Positions 23,201 through 35,443 of a stretch of 64,000 bases of DNA are shown piece after piece. The translations under genes and the position numbers were made by a program. A model generated the notes under the pieces. The model was not told the DNA's origin and did no database searches. It saw only the letters and a list, made by a program, of their open reading frames with translations. The stretch covers positions 5,518,001 to 5,582,000 of the forward strand of contig NC_081331.1 in assembly GCF_022539665.2 (NCBI RefSeq). Direction: 5' to 3'. Source of the stretch: Daphnia carinata. Its lineage: Eukaryota. Every line of letters starts with the position of its first letter. Position 1 is the stretch's first letter.

Positions 23201-26200
23201 AATGAAAGAATGGATGCCCACGATTCATTTTTCATTTCCTCCGTCCTGAAAAAAATGACACCCAAATATTCGTGCTTCCCTAGACTTATTCATCATATGC
23301 TCCTACCTCGATTGCTGATCGCTTAATAAGAGCCGGACTGATGAAAGCACTCCGTAAATGGGGGCATCAATGGCCAATTGGCCCACATCTTTCCGGGCCG
23401 CATCCAGTTGATCTTTCAATATCTGAATTAATTCGCCAATCAGCGTGAATGTGTTTCTTGTTTTCAGCGACCAATCGTGCCTAAAAGAAAAGAAATTTGA
23501 AATGTATATTTGTATTGGTATAACACAATCTTTGCTGTAACGAAGGCATACTTTCACTATCGCCCACCTACTTAAAAAAGGTAAACAAAACTGACACTGG
23601 AAGTAAGGCAGGGGGAAAGTGTATCGGTTAACTTATATGGTTATCATAGGTCCAAAAGTTGAACAAACGGTCCGTAAAGACGGTTTACAATTCTTCCGCA
23701 CATGTTTGAGAGAAGAAAGCGTGGTAAAATACGAATGTTTACAGTATTTAATAAAATTGGGGAAAAAGGGGAAACCATACAGACTGAGACTAAAACTGTA
23801 TACGGGAATAGTTTGATGTGCAGTCCAAACCCGAATTCAAAGTGCCTTTCAGCTATATCTCAACGATACCGGTCCAAAATCTACTGTATCCAGAGCATTG
23901 TTTTCGAGAAATTACTAATGCGATGGACGAATTTTTAAGAGAGAACATTCAATATTCTTATCACTACAAGGGGGGAAACCCCTAGATATTGCATCATAAC
24001 AAACCTGTGTGCCAACATCCCACTAGCTGAAGTACCAAATAGAAATAACAACACAATCTTACACGACATTGACCAATCAAAATACGTTTACGGCCACGAA
24101 GACTTTCCTCAAACTTTTCCAGTCCAATCACCCCGATGGGGCTAAGATACATTCTAAACAAAGTAGACCTCACCAGGCTACCTGGTATATGATAACGCTT
24201 TACAGCTTTTAAAATACCGTACGTGTAGGTCAATGCAACCTAAATGAGCCTATACTAAACCTACATAAGTAAGGGGAGTCTTCTGAAAGGAAAATTCCAT
24301 GCAAACTACTTGATCTTGTGTCGCTGGGTGCAAGCGCATTTAAATCCTCAGTAAATTTTGACTGCCATCCAAAATAAAGCGAGTATAATGTTAAGGAAAC
24401 GGATATTTGGGATTTCTTTGTGTGTTTGGCCTTAGACGTGATATTCGTATCAAGCCTAGGCGTGATCGATTTTTAGAGGATGCGCAAATTTCAAATACAA
24501 TCTGCAGATTCAATTGCATGTACCTCAAAATGCGGTGTCAATAACAGAAAGGCAATTTTTCTAAAACTTGTTACCATATCACGTTAATCACTGGTTCAAT
24601 GTTTGGACACTATCTGGGACAGAGCCATAATCAAACGGTATAAACAGCATGATTTGCGTAGTTTTCTTGACCTAGTCCTGGAAAACTTTAGACAACTAAA
24701 TGGACTCTTTAAAACAAGCCATGAAATAATAAGTGACAAATTTTTCCCCAATTTTCTAGCTCATCCTGAGGAACAGGTTTTTTTTTTTAAGAAGTCTACG
24801 AGAAAGAGGCAATTTTCAACGCTTTTGATTAAACAAAGAAAACAAAAATGTGGTGAACGCCTATAGAAACATCCGATCTATAGACACGTGTGTAGGTGTG
24901 ACAATGGGAAAATGAAAACCTGCGCATCGAGTATGACACAAGGGCGCAAAAACGAGCTGAGACGGTTGGGCGGGTAAGTTGGCCAACGAAATGAATTTCA
25001 AAGTGGCAGATACAAGTGCGCTAAGTTTCAATCGTTGAATTCTCCTATAAAAGTAGCTCCGACAAGAGAAAGGTCTTCATTCCGATTCCAACCGGCTTCC
25101 ACTGACACGAAGGATCAACCCTTGTCTTTGCCTCTTATTGCCTATCCCACTTTATTCTCTTCCCTTTCCAGAATGTATCACTTTCTTTTCAAAAGATGTC
25201 TGATGGCATTCATTTTGTTCAGTTTAGCTGTCGCCACGCAAGGAGATTCGCCAACCCTTTTGTATTCTCCGACGGAAGAGAATGCAGCCAACAGTCCCAC
25301 TTCGTCCACTGTAGTTCGCCCTGACCCTAACAATTACTCTAGCCACTTTGGACATTGGATCACAACTCGAGGCAACACCCGTTTGGTAAGATCGCTAGAA
25401 AACGCAGGATTGCGTCGATCTTGTGATACCATGGCCTACCACGTGGACAGCCAAATCGGACAGCAAGCCTCTTGCCCATTCGACTGGATGGAAAACTACG
25501 AAGCCCGACGGATACCTAGACGTATCGTGGAACAGGTGTGCCGCAGTTGCAGAGCGTGTGGTTTCAATCACCATTGCGTTCAGCTTAAGGTACGCACTGA
25601 AGTTTTCTTCCGCGACACGGGCGAGTACGGGCACCAATTCGTGCGTGCTGGTTGCGTATGCATGCCGCAAGAGGTCGGATCTACAGCCAACCCTTACGAC
25701 ATTGAAATTTAGAAAAATCCAAACGGTGGAAGACAAGAGCGATGGCGATCTCTCCTTAGCCAATCATTCATTTTTGAGTTGAAAAGCAATTATTTAAAAT
25801 CTTGTTTTAAACGCTTTAACTGTCAAACATTACGCAGTAAATAAATCTATGTGATACACGCCGAACCGTTCAATACAAGTATATGTTATATGTGCAACTT
25901 CAACGAGAATAGTGTTGATTGGTGCTTACCTAGATCGTACTTCTTCTTCGCTGTCGAATTTTAGATGGATGAGCCAACGGAAAAAGAAGTTAGCAGCTAC
26001 TGTATCAGCTGATCGAAGACTTTGACTAAGAGCTGCGCTCGATTTCCTGTAAACGCTTATCAATTCGTATCCTTTCGGGTCCTAGTGAAGGGGACATCAA
26101 GAGTTAATGTTGTTTGAAAATTTGTATTTGTTGCTGCTTACCTGGGTGATGACAGTAATCATAGGAGGGGACTGCAAAAGCTCTAATGCAAGTTCTTTGT

Positions 26201-28807
26201 TGACATCATAAGAATCGAAAAAACAGTCGACGAGCGACGAAATGGCAGGTAAGCCAAGATTAGAACTTATGTTTAGGCCTTTAGGATTGGACTCCAATCC
26301 TATGGTTTCCTGAATCAACTTCAGGAATTGGAGTGACAGAAATCGCCGTGGAAAACTCGAACCAGGTCCCAAATCTATGAGACATTTGACAGTTAACCAG
26401 AAAACAAAACTCCGATAACTGGTCACGATAGTATCGTTACGGCCAATGAGAGGGACACCACCATTGCGTAATTTCAACAGAAACTAGAAAAATTGGCAAA
26501 AACATTTTAGACAATTTTCATACTAGTCTATGCGAAATGAATAGAGGCAACCTTTTTGATGTAGGAGCAGAACTGTTGGCGGAAAGCAGCATTATGGTTA
26601 ACCATATTTCTTGAGATGAATTGGCAAATCCATTGGACTTCCAGCTGAGAATACAACTGGGAAGTTTTCGGTCCTTCGACGATAACGCCAAGCGCATTTA
26701 ATCGCAGCTGAAAATATGAGATGCTCCGTTTCTATTTGCCAAAGATAGAATTTATATCAAATTACCTTCTCATCTTTGTGTTCCAAAGCCTGTTCTAGTA
26801 CGTCCATATTGACGACACTGTTCCAAAGATTTTCATCCGGTGCATCACCATTGGTGGGAAGGAAGCCAAGCTTTCTACATGCAAGCAAAGCCGTTATGTA
26901 TACAGCAAGGCGTGACGCACAGTCCCCTTGGCACCATATTTCGACATTGTAGATAGTCTTAGGATATTGCTTCAATAAATCAACTAATGAACTATCGAAA
27001 CTCTGTCCGTTAGGGTATTGTTCTATCGCACTCAGTAGAGGGTACAACCACCGTCTCATCCATTCATCTGTGTGTTCCGTATCTTTTAACATCAACAGGT
27101 TGAATACCTCTCTGACCTGCTTGTAGAAACTTAAAATGTACATTCTTCCTGGAATAGAGGATAAGGAAGGACTAGATGAAAGCTCACCTGACTAGAAAGA
27201 TCGACATCTGTGGCAACATGGAGAAGCTCTTCTGCCAGGCTGTGTTCAGCACTTATGAGGAACGAAATGAGCTCAGTTTTTGCAAGACAGGCAAGTGCCA
27301 TGTATTTTGATTTCTTGAAACGTGGCATTCCTAAAATGGTGTTCACAATCCGGCTTTTGTCACCTATACGGCGGAAGAGATAATCGAAAATTGGCAGGGC
27401 TTCTTGAAACTTTAATTCTGTCATACCTTGAAGAAGAATGTAGATTTTCACATTATAATGGAATGCTTCTTTGGAAGTGTGGCGTACAACATCCACTTGA
27501 TGTTCGAGGCCGTTTAGGATTAATTCCAAAAGTCGATCACGCGCTCTGTTCCACTCAATTTGCAGCAACGTTGCTTGATGGGCCGTGAAACATTCGTAGC
27601 ATTTCCGCTGCCATTGTTCCATTAGGCGCGCAGTCAGCAGCGCTAATCCAGTTTCGTTGAATCTAAGGAAATATTTAATGAAACAAAATATTAAACATTT
27701 CAATAATACACTAAACGTTAAAGAATAATTACCCATAGCCAGAATTCAGAAGGAATGGAAGAATAACACCACCCAGAATAGTGCCATTTGATGGTTGTTC
27801 TTCTAGCAGTTCTTTAATTTCCAAGCTAGTGAGTATGGCAATTGAGAGGTTCAGTCTGGTTGGCAAAGTATTTTCTAGGGATATCAACATGCTATGGTTG
27901 TTGTCTTCTACAACTGTTATTTTCTCAATTATACATTGTATTCCATTCTGCTGTTGTCTCAACAAGAGAACTAGAATTTTTGAGCAGTTCCCCTGAACCT
28001 CCAATGGGATTCCTTTCAGGTTAAGGACCGATATGATTGAATATAGAAGTTGATGGCTTTGTTCTTCAATACTCGTTATCTCTATGAGCTTAAAGACAGA
28101 CAGTAGGGTTCTTGACAATGAATGGATGTTGGCATGCAGCTTTGCAATTTCAGTTGTTAACTTGGAACAGTGGACTTCCTTGTAGAGTTGATTAAGCAAG
28201 GTGGCAAAGAACTTCAAAACAAAAGTAATATTTCTAACTATCACTTTGCTTCCAAAGTCTGTCTGAAGTAAGGCTGCCACAAGTTCAACACCATTCATTT
28301 CAAACATTGTTTCCAATGTAAGAGAAGACACAGTCCCAAGATCAGCATCGGGTAACTTTCTGATGAGTCCATTGATTGAAGATCTGATGCTATGATTTGA
28401 ATGGCAATAACAGAGACCACTCACAACAATCTCAAGCAGCAAAGGCCATAAATCAGATGAAGCATATGTTGTAAGGTTTTTTGTTATCTGCATCAGATTG
28501 TATTAGCAGAAAACTCAGAAGAAGAAATTTTCATCATCAATTACCTTTTTTAAAACATCCAAATGTTTTCTGGAAAGTGGATTTAGCAATTCGTTAATAT
28601 AATCAATCAAATCATCTACTTCAGACTTGTTACCATTGCTGGTTTTATTTCCATCTATGATACAAAGGAAACGTTGGGTGAATTCATCAAGGAAATATCA
28701 GACACCTCAATGAACGTACTCAATTTTACGGAGACTTTTTCAACTATATCTGCTGGTAACCAGATAACTGGTTCCTTTTTCAGCGGCGAAATATTAACGT
28801 TCTCCAT
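20240..28807 (-). CDS. THADA: THADA (Trm732 homolog; ARM repeats and DUF2428), multi-exon
   Basis: SPEGFLP, SAWRTVKEVALL, LLLETKHRGAFEQ, CATRRSAGLPF, IHALNILRNLYRESRL and FFQLYPSLYPFLL...LHPSLFPMLVLLGRL; likely ATG at 28807; ~2.45 kb intron 23481-25929. Confidence 0.92.
25046..25082 (+). promoter_or_regulatory. TATA box plus Inr-like core promoter of the nested cystine-knot gene
   Basis: TATAAAA at 25046-25052 and TCATTC at 25077-25082 (about 33 nt apart), ~90 nt upstream of ATG 25173. Confidence 0.55.
25173..25712 (+). CDS. Secreted IL-17-like cystine-knot protein, single coding exon, nested antisense in a THADA intron
   Basis: Signal peptide MYHFLFKRCLMAFILFSLAVATQG; S/T/P-rich pro-region; RR dibasic site; SCPFDW...RRIPRRIVEQVC...C...GCVCMP matches the IL-17-type CPW..R.P..I.E..C...GC.C pattern; AATAAA ~25840. 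Confidence 0.75.
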   Translation: MYHFLFKRCLMAFILFSLAVATQGDSPTLLYSPTEENAANSPTSSTVVRPDPNNYSSHFGHWITTRGNTRLVRSLENAGLRRSCDTMAYHVDSQIGQQASCPFDWMENYEARRIPRRIVEQVCRSCRACGFNHHCVQLKVRTEVFFRDTGEYGHQFVRAGCVCMPQEVGSTANPYDIEI

Positions 28808-31800
28808 GACTTTTTGAACAGAAACACGTGTTCAACTTTGTTGTCTTCACTTCGTCGTCTGCTAGTTCTTCCTCAAATACTCTCACTAGATGGCGTTCAA
28901 CGCAGGGTGTAAAGTGAAGGAAAGTAGGCTAATAGCTAAAGAAGCCGATGAAATATGCCGATAAGGGATTTGCCGGTCATTTCACGAAAAACACACACAA
29001 CAAAAAAAAGAGAAAGTAGCCGTTTAACGAATATGAAGATGATTTTCTAGCGAAAAAAGAAACGTGATAGCATCGTTCTCTTTTGGGTCGTAAAAAAATT
29101 GCAGTCAAAACTAGCCCATCGGAAAAACACTGTAGTAAAAAATAAGGCAGTGATTAACTGTTTCGATAACCTTAGATAGCGGCCCTGGAGACAAGCCGGT
29201 TACAGTTCACCTCGAAAACAATTGGCAAAGAGAATTTTTATCCGCACGTAAAAATTGTCAGACAGGTTTATTATTGTTTTTGCCGCTTGTCTGTCTGCCG
29301 GCTTCATTGATTGGCCTTCATTTTGTTATTGTTGCGAATCGTGTGATTCCCCCCTCTAATTTTTTTTTTTGCGGATATGAAACTAGGAAATATCAAGACC
29401 CGGAAATACCTCGCAAATAAATAAATAAAGAGGGTATTCTGAACGTGGGTGTGGGCGCTTCTATCGAGTCCAACGGATAAGACGCCTGAACACGGATGTA
29501 GTATGTTCTATGTCGTTCCACTTGACTGGGCATTTCAGGCCGGGAAATGGGAGGAGGAGGAAACGAGGTGATGAGGTTACTCATATCAAAAATAAAGAAA
29601 AAGAATACAGACATCTCGAGCCATAGAATCTCCTCTCTCCTTTTCTCCGATAGATGACCTCAATCTAATTGCGACTGCCGTTCTCCTTTTAAAGGTAAAA
29701 GATATATATAAATACATATATACCAGATGTAGGACCAGGACGTTTCTGGTATACTGTACACAAGGTGGTAGTTGGCATCGTCAGAACACACTCCTGTATA
29801 AGACCACCACCACCTTTTGAATGCTGATGAGCCCCCTCTTCACTTGGATGCAACCCCCATCTTCTTCGTTTTGGACTTTCTAACAGTCAGGATATAATAC
29901 AGATGAAAATAACAACAAAACAAACGATTTCAAAATGTGCTTTAGTGGGTCAATCTGGTCTCTTTTTTTTCTTCTCTCTTTTTACTTTTGAGGGCACAGA
30001 CATTCACGCACATACACGTAAGATTGAATGAAAATGTTGGCCTCTCCTTTTCATCCAATCACGTGCATGTCGTTTTCGTTTCTCTGATTCAGTGCTCTGG
30101 GAGTAGAAGTTTTCCACAACCACATCTCATTACTCACTTTGGCGTGTGGTAATAAAACGTCTACGTGGATTTCCCAGAAAACGATGGAAGCTAGTTGAAA
30201 AAGTAGTCACTAGATGGCAGCTACATTAAATGGCGCGCTACTATCACATCGGTAAAAAAACAGACATTTTTATGCAATGCACGCAACAGTATACAATGCA
30301 ATGCAGGCATGCAGCAAAGAAGAATAGTAAACAACAACGCGAGCAAAACGAAGAAAGGAAGAAAAAATGTGTAATAAAAATCCGCGGGTGCCGGTTTTCC
30401 ATTTTCTTTTGGGAGGATGCAGTGGGCGTTGCATGGTCGACGTGAAGGTCACGCACAGGCAGCTGGAACGCTGTATACGTTCTCTGCTAGTAACACATAC
30501 GTTGTATACGCATAAACGAGGGAGATTTTAGGAGTTGTGAACGCTTTTGGACGACGAGAAAAAGAAAAGAAAAGGCAAAAATAAAAAAAGAATAACAAGA
30601 AATAGCTCTTTTAGCTTGTGACTCTTTCCCAAGGAGAAATGATCTTGTTTTTGTTTTTTTCCTTTTTTTCTTTTTTTAAATCAATGTTGACCGAAAACGC
30701 CCAGGTCCCCCGCCTCCTATTTTTCTTTAAAAACGTAGTGGGTGATAATGCGTGATGTCCTCCAACATCCGGTCCACCCCCTCCTTTAGTATTAAATGTA
30801 ATGAGCTACTGCTGTTTGGCTGCGATAGGACACAATTGCAACCAACCAACAACAAAATGAGAGGGGAAATTCACTTTTAATTTGTACTGTCGATTGGAAA
30901 CATTTCACGAAGAGATAGAGAAATCCTCGAGAGCAGAAAATGAATCTTAAACGCGGAAAGACCTTGAGCAGAAAAGAACGTTTTTTAGTGTCTCGTTTTG
31001 GAGCGTGCGGGAGTCCCGACAATACACACGGTACGTCCGCAGTGTTGCGTAATGGTTAGACTGAATAGACGTTCTCCTATCCCACTGAGCGTGATGATGG
31101 CAGACATTTCATGGTCATCGATAGTCAAACAGTTTCCGCATCTCCTCCAAAAGTTTTTAACATGTGCATTAGTGAAAGTAACTAATACCATTTGACGTCA
31201 TTGTCGACTTGGCAAGCTATACGTGATCGAAACCAATTTGGCAAATATGCCAGGGAGAAATAATAAAAAACTTGGTTATATTTAGATGGGGGTAAAAGAA
31301 CAAAGAAACTATTGAAAGTTTTGTTCCATTTTTGTTTTAAACACAAGTCACCCCACTCTGAGTTTTCAGTATCACATTACACACAAACTTGGTGCTTTGT
31401 AGATGGCCCCCTCGACGTTTGTACCAAGAAAACATACACTTTTTCCACCAGTGTTGATGTATTTAAAAATAAGGTCAAACTCTGCGTGGGAAGTTTTTTG
31501 GTCCCTAACAGCAGTTCCCCCCACCAAAAAATGTTTTTAAAATAGATTGTTTCTGACAAACTACCCCCATCTCCATAAGTTTTATTTTGGACACGATGTA
31601 CGAATTCTCATTAGCAATTGTCTTTAGTTTTTTAACAGTTATTCTAATGGGAGGGCGTGTGTGCACTTGTTTCAGGGTCTGCGATTTTATCGACACACGT
31701 ATCAAACATAATTGGAATACGATCAAATAAAGGAGGACATAGTATATCGCGTGTTGCTGTGTCCGTTTCTAGCTTTTCTATTAAATTCTTTTATGTCTTT

Positions 31801-34101
31801 CTATTCGGATGGAGCATTAAATGAAGAACGGCCTTGGATCGCTGCGTCTCTAGAATCTCGTCGGGAGCGAGAAGATGGCGTCGAAGAAGTCCCGAGGCCA
31901 TCCGATATTCCCGCTCTCTTGACACACAGACACACACGCCCAGTTTGTGTGTGTGTGTGTATGCTTAGTTTGTATATATTTATACCATCAACAGAAAAAA
32001 AAGCCGCCATTTTTCAAGGATATTGAGTTGGATATGCGAACAATCGTCTATGTTTGACGTAGGAATTATTCAGGAAGCGTTTTTTTTCGTTAACAATAAA
32101 ACAGTTTTGCTTTTCGTTTTCTATGGGGCAGCGTACGAGAAGACGAACTGAAAGAGGATCAACTTCCTGCTCAAGATTGCCCTGTACATAATATAGATGG
32201 CGTAATAGGGAGGACATGAAGGTAAAGCCAGCAGCATACTATAAAAGTGTAACGCCAAGGTTCTTCCGCCCCGTGAGCCACAGCCCTTCCGCATCATCTC
32301 TCTCTTTTTTGTGATATTACAATATTTTTATTAAAAGCTCATTTTTCGTTTTCCTTTCTCTCTCTTTTTTACGTATCTCCTGCTCACTACCACTTGATCG
32401 CACACAATCAAGGCCAATTGTTGGACTTGCATCCAACAATTGATCCACTTGATGTCCTCACACAAGATCCAATATCCGGTCGCGTGTTCTCTGCCCGTAT
32501 ATATTCATATTAAAACAACCTTGATTGACTGATTTACTACTTTTTTTAAACGACTACGTCTCCTTTTTTTTTAAATTTTTACAACATCGCCAAACAGCTA
32601 AAAGCGGAGCGATAAAGTCTTTTTCAATTAATGGTGGCCTAGTTTAAAGTCGTTGCACTCGACGTTATTCGATTAAAGTTTTATTTAAACAAAATATATA
32701 TATATATATCTTGCGTGCAAACGCTACAGTCTTCCCCTACACCAGCTGAACTGGCTCAACAAAAGCTTTGACAATCTTCTATGTTTAAAAAGACAAAAAA
32801 ACGACCATTTTTGTTTTGTTCGTTCTGGAGAAGATAATGTCAGTTTTCCCTATACCCCCCTCCAATATTTCCAGTTCAAAAAAAAAAGAAAAAGAAAAAG
32901 AGGGTGTGGAGATAACAAGTGTGTCCGGGCAACGTGACTGGGCTCAACACGTGGTCTCCACCCTCTTTCCCCCCTATCAACAGACACAGAACCCCAACTG
33001 TTTATCTTTAGTCAATAGTCAAATCTATCTGTACACTACCAACCAAAAAAAAAAAAAAAAACTGAAAATAAAAACCTATTGGCGAAAATATGTGTACGAT
33101 AAACACTTGTTTCAAAGCCATGTCGTTATCTTTTGGCCTATAGCCCTTGCTTAAATGGGATAAGTCATTTGAAACTGGGCGTCGAATGAAATGTGATCAA
33201 GCCGAGAGTCCGATAGTCGGACGACGTCGACCTGTGTTGCAATGTGAACCTTTTCGGTGTGTGTTGCAACGATTCCAATGCAACGAGCCACAACTTGTAG
33301 AGCACATATGATTTGTAGGAATCTTTTCCAAGCTGCAGTTCTGCTAGACGGACAGATTTCTCTTATGGCTGGAGAAAAACGTTTCCAATGTCTCTTGTTT
33401 AATAGACATATAATGCGATCCTACTGCAAGTCTCATTAAAAACATTTAACATCTTTTTAAACGCTTTTCTAACGTATAGTGTGTGTGAACGTCAGGAAAA
33501 AAGGAGGGCTCCTAATTTGGAAACATTTTTTGAACTGAGAAAAAGGATTTCGATCGTGTAGTCACATAACAATCAGATCTCATCAAATGCGTACCAACGC
33601 GTCCTTCACATTTCGAGTTGGCCGTTTCGTGTCTGTGTTCCAGATGGCCGAGACGCACACACACACATACAAAAAACGGACGAGAAAAAAGTAAAAAGGG
33701 GTTATCTTATTGACGTGCTCTATCAGATACGTTTTTCTAGCCAAACTGTTTGTCGTGGTTTTCTTTTAACTTGCACGTATTTTCATTTATTCTGTATTTA
33801 AATAGCACGTTTTCCAAACGGCTAGCAGACATCTGTCAATGATTTTCTCGGTGTTGTGCGTATGTGGTGATAAAATATTATGGCTGTTAGCCTTCGGAAA
33901 AAAAAAAAGAGCCGCGATCGAGATGGCCCGTTTGAATCTTGACCCTTGACCACGAGTTGATAAGAGAAACTGGTGTAAAAAATGAGATATACCCCCTCTT
34001 TAAAAATACGCTGCTCAGGAACGAGAAAAGCGATAAGACGAAATGTTGTGTGCGCACTTGAAACCGACAAGTAGTCAAGAAAAAAGAAAAACTTGAATTT
34101 C

Positions 34102-34132
<31 letters not shown>

Positions 34133-35443
34133 AGCAAACAATGGTTATGACGAGGCTGTTCAAACCGGTACAGACTCGTCGGGACACGCGCAGGACCCCA
34201 TGGCACACCACCTTCAGTTTGTTAACTAACACGGGCCATCAAACGGCTGGAGGCAGTGAAAGCCTTTGAATCCTACAAATGTATTTCTTTTTTTTTTCAG
34301 GTCAGAGTTCAATGAAATAAGACTAAGCCAATTTTATTTTTAAAATATTATAAACCCTTGTATTGTTTTTCTTTTTTTTTTTCTGCTTTTTTTTGAATTG
34401 TTGCTTATGTCTGGAGAGAAAAATAAATTCATCGAGCCGTATCGTTAAACGCGAGACATGCAAAAAAATATACTAAATTAAAACAAAGTAAACACGAATT
34501 TTCGAGTGGTCCGTTTCCATGGAAACAATCGTACACAAATCGCACATACATTAGGCAAATTCCTCCGATTAATCAATTGATATATTAATAGGGAGATAGA
34601 TGATAAAATGGATGGGGAACCGAAAAAAAAAAGAATTAGATAATAAAGAGAATGCGACGATTTAAAATAAAAACGTCCGTCCGAGGAAAAAAAAATTGTA
34701 ATTGAATGGGTTGTCCAAAATTCTTTGAGTTTAAAAAAAAAATTAGCAGTAGAAAACGAGCAGATCGATGAGGGGAACCAATGAAAAAGAGGAAGACACG
34801 AAACAAAATTTCTGGAAGGAAAAATAAATCTTATGTTTGTTTTTGTTTTTTTGTTTTTTTTTCTTACATGAAATAGTCCCGTTAATTATTAACTTACGCT
34901 CCCTGACTAAATGAAAATAAGGAAGAGAGAAAAAATGAAAGTGTAGTAGAAAAATACCTCAGATATAAATAAACTGCATAAATAACATAACACCTACTAC
35001 GACGATGAAATGGGGGGAATTACACGCGCTTTTTTTTTGGTCCGGGTGGTGGGGCGGTTTGGAGGGGGAGGAGGGTTGAACAATGTTCTTCTTGGTCAAA
35101 ATAACATAACTTACGACACACCCTTGAAAAAAAAAAAACGAAAAAATTCGGAAAGGGGTCAGGGAAGTCAAAAAATCTTTTGCATGTTTTGGTCTGATTT
35201 TTCTTGGAAAAAAAAATTAAACAAAAAGGTATAACTGAATCGATTTTCTATCACAGTGGCATCGAAAATATATAAGGCCACACAAACACGCTCTCTCAAC
35301 GCGCACCCCACGCACTTCCGGATTCTCTTTTCAAGTGTAAATTACCTCAAGAAGATGAGAAAAAAAAATTGATTAGTAAATAGCTTGTGGTTGTTGATAC
35401 GCTAATCCCCCTTGTCCTTTCATAATATTTGAAATTGTCGTTT

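Noticed and set aside
29000..35400. Numerous short ORFs downstream of Tis11
   Set aside because: Low-complexity F/K-rich translations of A/T tracts with no coherent exon structure; treated as UTR or regulatory DNA
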